DNA of 64,000 nt, from positions 32,001 through 96,000 of the IMG/VR virus record IMGVR_UViG_3300020477_000014; one strand, 5' to 3'. Both the position numbers and the translations under genes were made by a program. Under the pieces are notes generated by a model. The model searched no databases. It saw only the letters and a list, made by a program, of their open reading frames with translations, and had not been told where the DNA came from. Source of the DNA: a virus. Every line of letters starts with the position of its first letter. Position 1 is the first letter of the stretch. Positions 49,124 through 59,380 of this stretch are shown in pieces.

Positions 49124-50173
49124 ATGCCTTCAAATGAAATCTTCGACTCTAGTCACATACACAAAGAATATGTAATTACGCAATTCAAGACCGGCATCAT
49201 CTCTGCTATGGACTACAACTGGGTGCAAGGAAAGCAAAAGTTTATTAGTGTCAACAAGCAGGCACAAAAACTTTTCGAGGAACAGTTTTATTATTCCATA
49301 AAATATTACCTCTTTGTTTCGACAGCTTTTTCGGTCGACCCAGGAACCGCCCGCAGGGCTGGCGAACTAGAAACCGTCACGACGGGGCAGAGCCTTTTGG
49401 ATCCGCCAACAGGCGGCGGTACCGGCATTGTGACGATAGACACCGGCGGAAATTCACAGCCAGTGATGCTCGATGGGCTGAGCACACCTGAGACCCTTAC
49501 AGAGCCTTTTATTACAACCGCTAAGGGAACTTTTACTGCTCTGAGAATGATAGAGATAGATCTGGATACCGGTGTAGGTGGAGGATCTTATCATGCGAAT
49601 GTTCAACGGGATCCCGTAACCAACACATATCATCAGCCAAGCACTCATGGCTACACGGGCTGGACCCACTTGGACCGCGAAGACTACGTTCCCGCCATAA
49701 AGACAGAAATCCATCAATATGTAACCAGCACCGGCACTGCTACACTGCGTTGGATAAAATATGTACAGAGATATATCTCTTTCGTGGAGGACACATCCAA
49801 TCCCAACTGGATGGATCTGCCACCTGATGGAAACATTGATAATCATACTCCCGAAGCATGGGTGTTGCGATATTGGTTCGGAAGCGGCTGGTTCCGCGAG
49901 TTGATCGAGGGACAAGATCTTAGTGGTCTTGGACCATTCCCAGATATCCTCGGTACCGGTCGCCCCACTGTGCCTCATAGTCCTCAAAATGCAATGAGAT
50001 ATTTTTTCCTTCGCCGCGGCGAGCAAAATGAGAAATTAAAGCTTAATCGAAAAGCTTTAATATCCAAGCGCACACCTAATCGTCTAAAAGCAAAAAACTT
50101 TAGTGCCCTGGACCCATCCGAAATAGTTCCACGAACACGAACGGGTAATGAAAACTCAGCGGGAGGATATTAA
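49124..50173 (+). CDS. Hypothetical protein (Thr/Gly-rich centre)
   Basis: Co-directional ORF tiling the module. Confidence 0.55.
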   Translation: MPSNEIFDSSHIHKEYVITQFKTGIISAMDYNWVQGKQKFISVNKQAQKLFEEQFYYSIKYYLFVSTAFSVDPGTARRAGELETVTTGQSLLDPPTGGGTGIVTIDTGGNSQPVMLDGLSTPETLTEPFITTAKGTFTALRMIEIDLDTGVGGGSYHANVQRDPVTNTYHQPSTHGYTGWTHLDREDYVPAIKTEIHQYVTSTGTATLRWIKYVQRYISFVEDTSNPNWMDLPPDGNIDNHTPEAWVLRYWFGSGWFRELIEGQDLSGLGPFPDILGTGRPTVPHSPQNAMRYFFLRRGEQNEKLKLNRKALISKRTPNRLKAKNFSALDPSEIVPRTRTGNENSAGGY

Positions 50174-50175
50174 AT

Positions 50176-53100
50176 ATGCCAGCACCAACACTCTCGTATG
50201 TGACGCCACTGTCTCCCCCAACAACTACGACTTATTGCAGATCTCGACGTGTTATGTATAGATCATCCAACTTTCTTTATGGAAGCGAGGATAAGGTGCG
50301 CAACGCATTTGGGGGTAGCTATGCCTACTTTAACATAAGTAAGTATTTTGAATCTTACAGTGAAGACCCTTATATTAGCGTCTTGTCTACGGCTTTAAAA
50401 AGCTTGGGATCGATGATTAGCGATGATGTAATCGGCACAACATGGATAGATACCCAAGGGGCAAACACGGCTAATTATTGGGCTGTTTCTGCATTGGATT
50501 TGATAGGAAGCATGGGTCAGTTTCCACCCGCCGATATGCCGGCAGTTGATATATTTTCAGAATATGATCCTGTTACTGAAACATACAATACAACCCCTTT
50601 TGTTCAAGAGGTATATGTAAAGCCTCAAGAATGGGTAGGAGAGATCTCGGATGATTTAATATATCCGAGTTTATCTGCGCCTGTTTTATTGATTGGCAAT
50701 GAATTCTCTATTGTTGATGATCTCCATTGGAAGAAAATCATCGCCGGCGGTCTCTATAATCAGAGAGAATACGCAGGGATCAACACTCACGATCAGGTAT
50801 TCCCAGGACTTAACACTTCAATAACACTGCCTTATGAGAAGTTGGAGTCCCGCCTATATGCGGCTGAACATGATAAAGATTATATAACCTATGAATATCT
50901 TCAGATTGAAAGCAAATATAACATATATGTACCGGAACTACAGAACAAAGAGTGTACCATATATGAGCTTCCGAATCTTTATCTTTTGACGTATTATTCA
51001 TCTTATCCGGCCCTCAGTAATCAGCCGATAGCTTATTCGGACGAATTAAAGGAATTTTGTAGTCTTAATGGTTATTATACCTCGGGTATACTTGAAACGA
51101 ATCTTGGATTAAACGGAAGGCAGTATCCTTTTCCTCCCCCTGTACCGGCTAAAGGTACAATGATGCATGGTGGTGATTTTTTAGATGATCAATATTATAT
51201 GCGAGAATACTATTGGAAATGGGCACAAACAGACTTTAGTGAGAAGACACTTGATGCAGTTAGTGAGCAAATGAAAAACATCTTTCTAGAACCTAAAGCC
51301 ACTAAGGGCGTCGCTCTCGGGGTGTTAAATTCAGAAGAAAACATTCCTTTGGGAGTAGATATTCAGATCCCTCGAGAAAAACAATCTACTGGCTGTGGAC
51401 TCATCCATTCGATTTTTAATGATCAGTTCCAGCATGTTTTGATGTTTCACATCAAGGATAAGTTCGTCAACAATACGCCTCTTCAATTGGATGTTTTAGA
51501 GGTAGCCAAAAGCGAAGAGGAAGAACAAACTGGAGCGGGCATTTCGCAACAAGAGACATATGACAGATTGCGCGCCACGATGGGCGGAGATGCAATGATT
51601 CGATATATGGTAGAACGAGGTACTATGCTGGACGGAAAGGGTGGCGAAACAAAATTAAATTATGTTGATTTTAGTAAAATTTTATTAGAAGAAGTCAATA
51701 ATCCTAAATTTGGAATTAAAGATTTTATATACATCGGCGGCAGTACTGGTTTTAATATTGAAATGATTAAAGATAATGAAAACGCAGCTAATTATCGCTA
51801 TCTTCGAACTAGTTTAGCCAACACAATGATTCTTAATACTCAAGATTATCTCAAGGGGATAATGGACACGCAAGGTGATGATATCTTTCCTGTTAATCAT
51901 CGTCATGATGGCTCCAACTGGACTGCCGGACCAGATCCCTGGTCTTTAAATGATTTTTTGTGGCAGCCAGAAATGATAGATGAATCCTTATATGGTGGGT
52001 GTGTCGGCTTTCGAATTGAAAAAACAATGATCGCCCCTTCTCAAAACAATACAGCAAAGTCGGCAGTAGTTCAAAATATTTATATACCGTCGGATCCCAA
52101 CCAGGCTGACATTCTGCGTTATTTTGACACCCAAGTACATTATGGAGAAACGTATAAGTATAAAATTTATCGTTACGAATTGGCAGTGTCGTATAGATAC
52201 TCTTATAAAGATCTAAAGATTTCAGAACAAATAGCCATAAATAATAAAAAATATTGTTTAAGTTTTTATGATCCAGTTACCAATCAAAGTAAAAATTTGG
52301 CATGGTATATTAATCCCGAAGATCCGTCATGGGTACCGGGATCTCCCATAGAAAATGTGGCTGCCCACGCAATTACCACAGGCGCACCAACTTTTGCATC
52401 GGACGCCGAGGCAATATCTGGGCACCCATATATAGCAGAAATGGTTCTACAAATAGAACCCAATATTGCGATATATGAAATTCCTACTCATGAGAAAGAA
52501 ATAACAATTTTAGATAATCCCCCTCAAAGCGTCGACATAACCCCCTTTCAGCGTAAGGATGATTCTCAGATAATTGGATTTTTGGTAAGAAAAGAAGAGT
52601 TTTATAAAGCTCTCTATCCGTCACCTTTGAACTCCAAAGAAACCAAGCTGGGTCAATCTTATTTAGAGTCAAATAATTTGTTACCTTCTGAAGAAATAAT
52701 AAAGCCTTCGATTTCTGCATTAAGATATTTACAAGTTTTCCGATTAGACAGAAAACCAAAAAGCATTAAAGATTTTGACAACTTTATGATAGAAGAGAAA
52801 GACTTAAAGATAATGCCTGACAACGCATTTGAAGAAGAAGCAAACACTTCCTACCCTTTCTATCATACTACGCAGGCTTCCCCGATTTGTTTTTATGAAG
52901 AAAAGATTCAATCTAATAAAACTTATTATTATTTATTTAGATTTTTGAATGAACACCGCATGCCCGGGAGAGTCGGTCCGATCTATGCAATAACTTTGAT
53001 GGATGATGGTGGGTATAAATATTTACAATCTGAAGTGATACAAGAATCAGATTTAAGTCACAATTCTGATGTTTATAGCGCAAGCAAAGATTTTAAAAAA

Positions 53101-53319
53101 ATATTTCAATTTCTCCCCACCATTGAACAGATTCAATTAGAAACAAAAGCTGTTGACCATGAAGCCACAGCTTTGAGTCAGCTTGACAAAATAGAAATAG
53201 GAGACCCTACATTGAAAGAGTCCATCTGGGGAAAAACATTCAAGATTCGACTAACCTCTAAGAAAACAGCGAAAAAAGTTGACTTGAATGTTACTTATAA
53301 TTTAAAAGACAGGTATTAA
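50176..53319 (+). CDS. 1047-aa probable virion protein with FN3-like C-terminal strands
   Basis: YFDTQVHYGETYKYKIYRYE and YEEKIQSNKTYYYLFRFLN resemble fibronectin-III terminal strands. Confidence 0.5.
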   Translation: MPAPTLSYVTPLSPPTTTTYCRSRRVMYRSSNFLYGSEDKVRNAFGGSYAYFNISKYFESYSEDPYISVLSTALKSLGSMISDDVIGTTWIDTQGANTANYWAVSALDLIGSMGQFPPADMPAVDIFSEYDPVTETYNTTPFVQEVYVKPQEWVGEISDDLIYPSLSAPVLLIGNEFSIVDDLHWKKIIAGGLYNQREYAGINTHDQVFPGLNTSITLPYEKLESRLYAAEHDKDYITYEYLQIESKYNIYVPELQNKECTIYELPNLYLLTYYSSYPALSNQPIAYSDELKEFCSLNGYYTSGILETNLGLNGRQYPFPPPVPAKGTMMHGGDFLDDQYYMREYYWKWAQTDFSEKTLDAVSEQMKNIFLEPKATKGVALGVLNSEENIPLGVDIQIPREKQSTGCGLIHSIFNDQFQHVLMFHIKDKFVNNTPLQLDVLEVAKSEEEEQTGAGISQQETYDRLRATMGGDAMIRYMVERGTMLDGKGGETKLNYVDFSKILLEEVNNPKFGIKDFIYIGGSTGFNIEMIKDNENAANYRYLRTSLANTMILNTQDYLKGIMDTQGDDIFPVNHRHDGSNWTAGPDPWSLNDFLWQPEMIDESLYGGCVGFRIEKTMIAPSQNNTAKSAVVQNIYIPSDPNQADILRYFDTQVHYGETYKYKIYRYELAVSYRYSYKDLKISEQIAINNKKYCLSFYDPVTNQSKNLAWYINPEDPSWVPGSPIENVAAHAITTGAPTFASDAEAISGHPYIAEMVLQIEPNIAIYEIPTHEKEITILDNPPQSVDITPFQRKDDSQIIGFLVRKEEFYKALYPSPLNSKETKLGQSYLESNNLLPSEEIIKPSISALRYLQVFRLDRKPKSIKDFDNFMIEEKDLKIMPDNAFEEEANTSYPFYHTTQASPICFYEEKIQSNKTYYYLFRFLNEHRMPGRVGPIYAITLMDDGGYKYLQSEVIQESDLSHNSDVYSASKDFKKIFQFLPTIEQIQLETKAVDHEATALSQLDKIEIGDPTLKESIWGKTFKIRLTSKKTAKKVDLNVTYNLKDRY

Positions 53320-53327
53320 TTAAACTT

Positions 53328-54317
53328 ATGGCATTACAGAAAGATTGCGGCACCATTATTATAGACGCCTTGCTGACCGACGTCGGCCGCCAAAAATTGG
53401 CGCGCGGTGATTTTCAAATTACTGCCTTTGGCTTAGGTGATGATGAAATAAATTATGAAATAGGAAATTCTAGCACCGGAACATGGATGCTTACATACGA
53501 TGCTCCTATTTTTGAAGCGACCGGCAAAGGGGCTCCGAGTATTCGTTATGGGTTGATGAATTTAAACAACCGATCTGATATTTTATATTTGCCTCGTCTC
53601 TATACTAATGAAAAAATTCCTGGTGCTGTAAATTTAGTTACTGGTAGTATGAAATATTGGATAGCTGCCAACAGTGAAACAACTCTCAAACTACAACAGC
53701 AATCCGGAAGCAATTACGTATTAGAAAACAATGAAAGCTTACGGAACTTTATATTGGTGGAGTCCATGATATTACAATCTCCTACGTCCACCTTGGTGGA
53801 TGACACAGCAGCATACAAAGAAAGATATTTAACTAATCTTGATTTATTGGATGAATATATGTTTATTTATGCCGATGGTCGCTTTATTGATAATTTGCTG
53901 ATCAATGGAAAAGACGCTGTTCTTAAAAATGATATAGGAAACAATCTTTATTCAACGATTTTGCCTCTCGAAAAAGCTGTCAAAGTTTCTATAGATTCTG
54001 GTTTGGAATATTACGAAACATATAAAGCCCGGGCTATTGATAATGATATTTTTAATGATAACGATTTGTCTCATACGGATCACGTTGGGTGTCACGGATC
54101 GGCTCTAGCGTTTAATTTTCAATTAAACCAGCGCCTAGGAGAAAGCTCATCTTCATTGCCTGATGAGAGGTATACTTCGTTTGGTACGACAGGCGCGCCT
54201 CTTTTCGGCTCTGATGATAAATATGACTATATTGACACTAATGTATTATTAGAAGGGGCATCCAGCGCAGCACAGTTAGTTGTGCCGCTACGCATTGTTC
54301 GTTATGCGGGTAAGTGA
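53328..54317 (+). CDS. Virion structural protein (tail-collar/DUF3751-like N-terminal motif)
   Basis: DALLTDVGRQKLARGDFQITAFGLGDDEINY; paralog of 54387. Confidence 0.65.
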   Translation: MALQKDCGTIIIDALLTDVGRQKLARGDFQITAFGLGDDEINYEIGNSSTGTWMLTYDAPIFEATGKGAPSIRYGLMNLNNRSDILYLPRLYTNEKIPGAVNLVTGSMKYWIAANSETTLKLQQQSGSNYVLENNESLRNFILVESMILQSPTSTLVDDTAAYKERYLTNLDLLDEYMFIYADGRFIDNLLINGKDAVLKNDIGNNLYSTILPLEKAVKVSIDSGLEYYETYKARAIDNDIFNDNDLSHTDHVGCHGSALAFNFQLNQRLGESSSSLPDERYTSFGTTGAPLFGSDDKYDYIDTNVLLEGASSAAQLVVPLRIVRYAGK

Positions 54318-54358
54318 GTTATTTTCTTTTTTATAAAAGGAATACAAATAAAATATGA

Positions 54359-54366
54359 ACTATTTA
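54359..54366 (+). promoter_or_regulatory. Candidate late-promoter motif ACTA-N-TTA
   Basis: ACTATTTA in an intergenic gap, 20 nt before ATG 54387. Confidence 0.4.
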
Positions 54367-54386
54367 TGTAAAGAGAGGAAGAATAT

Positions 54387-55454
54387 ATGGCTTTTTTAGA
54401 CAACTCAGGAGATATCATTTTAGATGCAGTTCTTACTGACACAGGCAGGCGCAGATTAGCCGAAGCCGCCAATGGGCTTGGATCTGCTGGCGCCGCCCGG
54501 ATTTCTCATTTTGCTTTGGGCGATGATGATATTAATTATTCCCAATATGATCTTAATAATCCTAGTGGATCCAACTATGCTGATTTATCCATTTTGCAAA
54601 CACCGGTACTAGAGGCATTTACACAAGATAACGCCAACATAAATTATGGACTGTTAAGTTTGCCCAATCCGTCAATTTTATATTTGCCGGCGCTTGTTGT
54701 TAATGAAAAACAGTCGGGAACTACTTTTCCGGCTATGCAATCAAAGAGCGGAGTTTTCTATTTGGCAGTAAACACTACGACCTGGGACACCCTTGTCAAC
54801 ACTGAAGCTGGTATTGGAGCAACACAAGTGATGGCTGGCGATCCAACTTCGGGCGGCAGCAGAAGCCCCTTTGTGTTTGTTGAGGGAGGAATAGATTCTG
54901 CACTAGTGGCAAAAACAACTGCTAATCGAAATTCCTATATAACGAACATGGGAACCTCAAACACAACTTATGTACTAGGGGTTGATAGTCGCCTAGGCGG
55001 AAGTGTTTATACTCTAAATAATGGTATATTTGCAAATAATGCATCAAATGCTGACAGTCGGACGTCCTTTAGTGTAAAGATCACTAATCCTAATTCTGCC
55101 GGCTATATGGGATTGGAGAATTATAATTTTTACTCATGTGCTTCTGTTGTGAATGGTGTTCTAGAACCACAAAGCGGAGGTTCTGCTACACAGTATTCTG
55201 CAATAGGGGGAGTAGGCGACACAGTTACGTGTTTTAAATTTTTGGTACCTACTCCGCTTTCGTCAGATGGAACCGCCGGCGGCTTGAGAGACGTCTTGTA
55301 TGATCAGTTGGGTCAAGTAGGAGTTAGTAGTGCTGTGTTGTTTGGCTCAGCAGGTCGCACATATGATTATATAGACACTATGGTATATTTATTTGGTACC
55401 ACTACCGGCGCAATGATTTCTATCCCGATCAGAATTATTAGAAGAGCAACATAA
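54387..55454 (+). CDS. Virion structural protein (tail-collar/DUF3751-like N-terminal motif)
   Basis: DAVLTDTGRRRLA...ISHFALGDDDINY; shares C-terminal YDYIDT...IPIRI with 53328. Confidence 0.65.
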   Translation: MAFLDNSGDIILDAVLTDTGRRRLAEAANGLGSAGAARISHFALGDDDINYSQYDLNNPSGSNYADLSILQTPVLEAFTQDNANINYGLLSLPNPSILYLPALVVNEKQSGTTFPAMQSKSGVFYLAVNTTTWDTLVNTEAGIGATQVMAGDPTSGGSRSPFVFVEGGIDSALVAKTTANRNSYITNMGTSNTTYVLGVDSRLGGSVYTLNNGIFANNASNADSRTSFSVKITNPNSAGYMGLENYNFYSCASVVNGVLEPQSGGSATQYSAIGGVGDTVTCFKFLVPTPLSSDGTAGGLRDVLYDQLGQVGVSSAVLFGSAGRTYDYIDTMVYLFGTTTGAMISIPIRIIRRAT

Positions 55455-55468
55455 AACGGAGAATATAG

Positions 55469-56521
55469 ATGCCAGTAATAAACTTACAACAAATCAACCC
55501 CCTGACCGACATAACCACAACCAACACATTGTTACACGAGGTTATACCGATTACGGGTACTATTTTGGCGGGAACCTATGGAGGATTCCCCAACGAGAAT
55601 AACGTAAAGAATTATATACACGGAATGTTTCAGTCCATATATGACTATCCTTATTTGAGTTCTTCTGCTAATCACCTAATGGATTTGACCATGGGATATG
55701 ATGAGCAGTCGGCGTTATATAATCCCTCACACGTTCAGAATTCCAAGAAAACGAACATGTACAACCAGATGGCTCAAATTCTTTTGGGATACACTTCGTC
55801 TACTGCCGATTCTATCAGAAAATTTGAGAAAGATTTACAACTGGATGGATCTGGAGCAATGCAAAATGTGTTCTTTATGTCTTTATCGCGTTTGTTGACT
55901 AAAGATGAGATTAAGAGAAATTCTTTTAGTATCACACTGGGAAAAGGAAACTGGGCAACCCCATGGTCCAGTTTAATGACGCTAGCCGACATGTCTGCCT
56001 CCTATGGAAGCAACGGAGGTGTGGGATCGAGTGTTGGTGGTGATTATGGCGTATTGTATGATGTTACAAGCAGTGGAGTAACACACGGCGTGGTGTTTTA
56101 TCAGGCTGGAATTGTTGCCTTAAGTTCTTCGATTTTTCGTGGAGTTGCGCAATTTAATCAGAAGGGAGCCAGTTATGATTCCGTCGCTGCTTCTTTTACG
56201 GGTTCTAGCATGACTAGCTCATGTAATGCTTTTCGCCGACGAATTAAAACGATGTCCTTCAACAATACAACAGAAATCAATTCTACCATTTATTTTTGTC
56301 GCATTCCTCATAATCAATTTAACTATAGTTCTAATCCTACATATGTGACCGGGAGCAAAATTAGAGTTAAGAACGTCGCATCCGATCCGCCAGTATCTTA
56401 TCTGACAACAGTGGGTCTCTATAATGCTGCCGGAGAAATGTTGGCAGTTGCTAAAGTTTCAGAACCTCTCAGAAAAGATAATGCCAACGATATTACCATT
56501 AGAGTAAGACTGGACTACTAA
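55469..56521 (+). CDS. Virion structural protein (tail-collar/DUF3751-like C-terminal motif)
   Basis: FNYSSNPTY...YLTTVGLYNAAGEMLAVAKVSEPLRK...IRVRLDY. Confidence 0.65.
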   Translation: MPVINLQQINPLTDITTTNTLLHEVIPITGTILAGTYGGFPNENNVKNYIHGMFQSIYDYPYLSSSANHLMDLTMGYDEQSALYNPSHVQNSKKTNMYNQMAQILLGYTSSTADSIRKFEKDLQLDGSGAMQNVFFMSLSRLLTKDEIKRNSFSITLGKGNWATPWSSLMTLADMSASYGSNGGVGSSVGGDYGVLYDVTSSGVTHGVVFYQAGIVALSSSIFRGVAQFNQKGASYDSVAASFTGSSMTSSCNAFRRRIKTMSFNNTTEINSTIYFCRIPHNQFNYSSNPTYVTGSKIRVKNVASDPPVSYLTTVGLYNAAGEMLAVAKVSEPLRKDNANDITIRVRLDY

Positions 56522-56522
56522 A

Positions 56523-57824
56523 ATGTCTTTAAAAAAGTTCGGTGACAAAGATGTCTTTGTTAACACGATGCGAGCCCATCCGACTAGTCAATTTATTATT
56601 TTTGATGGAAAAGTAATATACAATCATATACCTGAATTGAGCGGATCCCGAAACGATCAAGTATATAATGTGGACTCCGGAAAAGGATTTGTAAGTCTTT
56701 ACGAATATAATATTGATCGTCCATCATCTTCGGCGAATTCTCCTGTACAATTTGTGGGCTCCAAGGTATTTGGGGAATCTTTGGTTGACTACGGCCGTAT
56801 ATATCCTTGGATTGCGAAAGATAGCGCACGTGCTAGTTTTAAGTCTATTAGTCAAACATCTTATGATAACGAGTTTATTTATGGGGATATACTCACAGGC
56901 TCTTATCCTCTTTCGGCGTCTATAATCCGCGATTATCTAGCACTAAACTCCTATCTTGGACCGGGTTATGCTTATCCGCCTTATGTATCATTAAGGAATC
57001 AATTAAATTTTTATAGTGTTTTATCGGATCACTATAAAGTATCTTCATCATACGGAGATAAAGATAGGCAACCTCTTAATCTTGTTTCGGTGCCGTCTAT
57101 TTTTTATGGATCCAGAATTAAAAAAGGATCTATTTCGTTGAAGTGGTATTTTACGGGCTCTTTAATAGGAGAACTACAAGATGTCCGACAGAATGGCGAA
57201 CTTATCCAAGTTGGACCGCACGGATCCCCGGGTTCTGGTTCGGTAGCTGGGGTAGTTCTGTATAATGAAGGCATATTTGTATTAACTGGATCTTGGGAAC
57301 TTAATCAAGAAACGATAGCTATGAGGTACTCGTCCACGATGCTCGCGTCGGAAATAAATGCTAAACCAAAATGGATTTATTTTGCCGCCGGCTGCAATGA
57401 TGTCATCAGTGATAACAAAAATAATGCCACGTGGCAAAGTACGTACAATCCAACCTTTGTGTCTGCTTCTTTTGATATGTCTTTCAAGGGAGAATCACAG
57501 ACACAGGTAATGACAATGTTCGCACACGCCAAACGAGGTGAGGTGAACTATTCCAACAATCCTACGTATATCGAACATGGTCAATCCGACCGGCTGTTTT
57601 TTACTTCGTCGCACGTCTATGAGGAAAAGAAAGATATAAAATTGAAAAATTTTGTTAGCTCTTCTCATTCACACTATTCTGCATCTTTTGAGAGACAAGT
57701 TGTGATATCTCGCGTTGCCATCTATGATAAAAACAAGAATTTGATTGGAATTGCTACATTGGCGAATCCGGTAATAAAAAAAGAATCAGAAGATATTTCT
57801 TTTAAATTAAAACTTGACATTTAA
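56523..57824 (+). CDS. Virion structural protein, paralog of 55469
   Basis: GVVLYNEGIFVL, VNYSNNPTY, ISRVAIYDKNKNLIGIATLANPVIK...FKLKLDI. Confidence 0.65.
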   Translation: MSLKKFGDKDVFVNTMRAHPTSQFIIFDGKVIYNHIPELSGSRNDQVYNVDSGKGFVSLYEYNIDRPSSSANSPVQFVGSKVFGESLVDYGRIYPWIAKDSARASFKSISQTSYDNEFIYGDILTGSYPLSASIIRDYLALNSYLGPGYAYPPYVSLRNQLNFYSVLSDHYKVSSSYGDKDRQPLNLVSVPSIFYGSRIKKGSISLKWYFTGSLIGELQDVRQNGELIQVGPHGSPGSGSVAGVVLYNEGIFVLTGSWELNQETIAMRYSSTMLASEINAKPKWIYFAAGCNDVISDNKNNATWQSTYNPTFVSASFDMSFKGESQTQVMTMFAHAKRGEVNYSNNPTYIEHGQSDRLFFTSSHVYEEKKDIKLKNFVSSSHSHYSASFERQVVISRVAIYDKNKNLIGIATLANPVIKKESEDISFKLKLDI

Positions 57825-57842
57825 TAATAAATATGTTATATT
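57814..57842 (+). promoter_or_regulatory. Sigma70-type promoter for the RuvC-like gene
   Basis: TTGACA (57814-19), 17 nt spacer, TG-t-TATATT (57837-42). Confidence 0.8.
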
Positions 57843-57848
57843 ATAATA

Positions 57849-58397
57849 ATGATTTTAGGCGTTGATGTATCCACTAGCATAACAGGATTTGCGGTTATCG
57901 ATGATGATGGCAAATTGATAGAAGCGTCGGCTTGCGATCTTCGAAAGCACAAAGATTTCTTCGAAAAATGTTTACATTTTCGTGAGTGCTCTTTAGATTT
58001 AGCTGACAAGCACTGTAAGCTTTTTAATAGAGTAGGGGTGTCTCACATCTACATTGAACAACCTTTTACGTTCTTTAACTCCGGAGGTTCGAGTGCCAAG
58101 ACCATGGCAGCCCTACAGCGGTTTAACGGCGTGGTCTCTTGGATGTTGTATGAGATATTCGAAATAGTACCACAGTATGTGGGCGCCACACAAGCTCGCA
58201 AGAAAGTCGGGATCAAGGTCCCACGAGGGCAGAAAGCCAAGAAGGTCGTGATGGAACACCTTCTTAAGGATGATGAAGACTTTAAAATTGAATACACTTA
58301 TCGCGGAAATCCAAAACCACAATACTATGATATGGCAGACGCACTCGTAATCGCACGTGCTGGACGAATTATAGAAAAAGAGAAAGAATCTTCTTGA
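57849..58397 (+). CDS. RuvC-like Holliday junction resolvase
   Basis: ILGVDVSTSITGFAVI (Asp), IYIEQP (Glu), DMADALVIA (Asp pair). Confidence 0.85.
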   Translation: MILGVDVSTSITGFAVIDDDGKLIEASACDLRKHKDFFEKCLHFRECSLDLADKHCKLFNRVGVSHIYIEQPFTFFNSGGSSAKTMAALQRFNGVVSWMLYEIFEIVPQYVGATQARKKVGIKVPRGQKAKKVVMEHLLKDDEDFKIEYTYRGNPKPQYYDMADALVIARAGRIIEKEKESS

Positions 58398-58422
58398 CAT
58401 ATATACTAATACATGATATATT
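58394..58422 (+). promoter_or_regulatory. Sigma70-type promoter for primase
   Basis: TTGACA (58394-99), 17 nt spacer, TG-a-TATATT (58417-22). Confidence 0.8.
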
Positions 58423-58438
58423 TTCTTTATGAGGAAGT

Positions 58439-59377
58439 ATGAATAGACAACAAGCTAAGAAGATTTTACATGAAACTTTTGGATACTACAGCGACAAAGG
58501 AAACGAGCTTCTTTTCGCGTGTCCGGCATGCGATCATCACAAGCGCAAACTCTCTGTTAATTTGGACAAAAATGCTTTTAAGTGTTGGGTATGTGATTAT
58601 CGCGGTCGTAATATTAGGCATCTTGTTAGGCGTTTTGGCTCGTATCGACAGCTACAAAAGTGGGACGAGATTTCAGGTCGGGCCGATCTTAGCGGCTTTG
58701 ATTCTTTATTCATGGTTTCGAGTGAGCGAAATGAAAAGCAGAAGCTCGACTTGCCAGAAGAATTTGAAACACTGACATCAACAAAAATTCCAGCCACAGG
58801 GACATATGCTCATAAATATTTGATGTCTCGTGGTCTTAGCCGGTCAGATATTGTCCGGTGGAAAATTGGCTATTGCTTTAGCGGAGAATATAGAAATAGG
58901 ATAATTGTGCCGTCGTTCGATGAAGACGGTGATGTAAACTATTTTATGGCTCGTTCATACAATGGTGACTCTTATAAATATAAGAATCCTAAAGCATCTA
59001 AAGATGTTGTCTTCAATGAGCTTTATGTGGATTGGGATACCGACTTGGTATTGGTAGAAGGAATATTCGACGCAATAATTGCGGGGAATGGAGTGCCTAT
59101 TCTCGGCAGCACTCTTCGTTCTGATTCCAGGCTCATACAAAAGATTGTCCGCAATGATACACCAGTGTATGTAGCCCTTGATTCTGACGCAGCCGACAAA
59201 GAAAGAAAGATTATTCAGACTCTTTTAAAGTATGATGTAGAGCTTTATAAAATTGATGTTTCTGGATATGAAGATGTGGGGTCGATGTCTAAAGAAATAT
59301 TCACAGAGCGCAAAAGGGATGCTGCGTTCGTGGATCGAGAAGATTATCTTCTGCGAGATTTGCTTTCTGCAATTTAG
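58439..59377 (+). CDS. DNA primase (zinc-binding domain + Toprim)
   Basis: CPACDH...FKCWVC, RIIVP, LVEGIFDAI, VALDSDA. Confidence 0.9.
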   Translation: MNRQQAKKILHETFGYYSDKGNELLFACPACDHHKRKLSVNLDKNAFKCWVCDYRGRNIRHLVRRFGSYRQLQKWDEISGRADLSGFDSLFMVSSERNEKQKLDLPEEFETLTSTKIPATGTYAHKYLMSRGLSRSDIVRWKIGYCFSGEYRNRIIVPSFDEDGDVNYFMARSYNGDSYKYKNPKASKDVVFNELYVDWDTDLVLVEGIFDAIIAGNGVPILGSTLRSDSRLIQKIVRNDTPVYVALDSDAADKERKIIQTLLKYDVELYKIDVSGYEDVGSMSKEIFTERKRDAAFVDREDYLLRDLLSAI

Positions 59378-59380
59378 TCC

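Noticed and set aside
49454-50026. 190-aa minus-strand ORF (also 23243-23743, 2651-3079 and other antisense or alternate-frame ORFs)
   Set aside because: Fully antisense or nested within convincing + strand genes, with no motifs. Treated as shadow ORFs.
54322-54345. Possible terminator hairpin TTCTTTT-TTAT-AAAAGGAA
   Set aside because: AT-only weak stem with no following U-tract. Not convincing.
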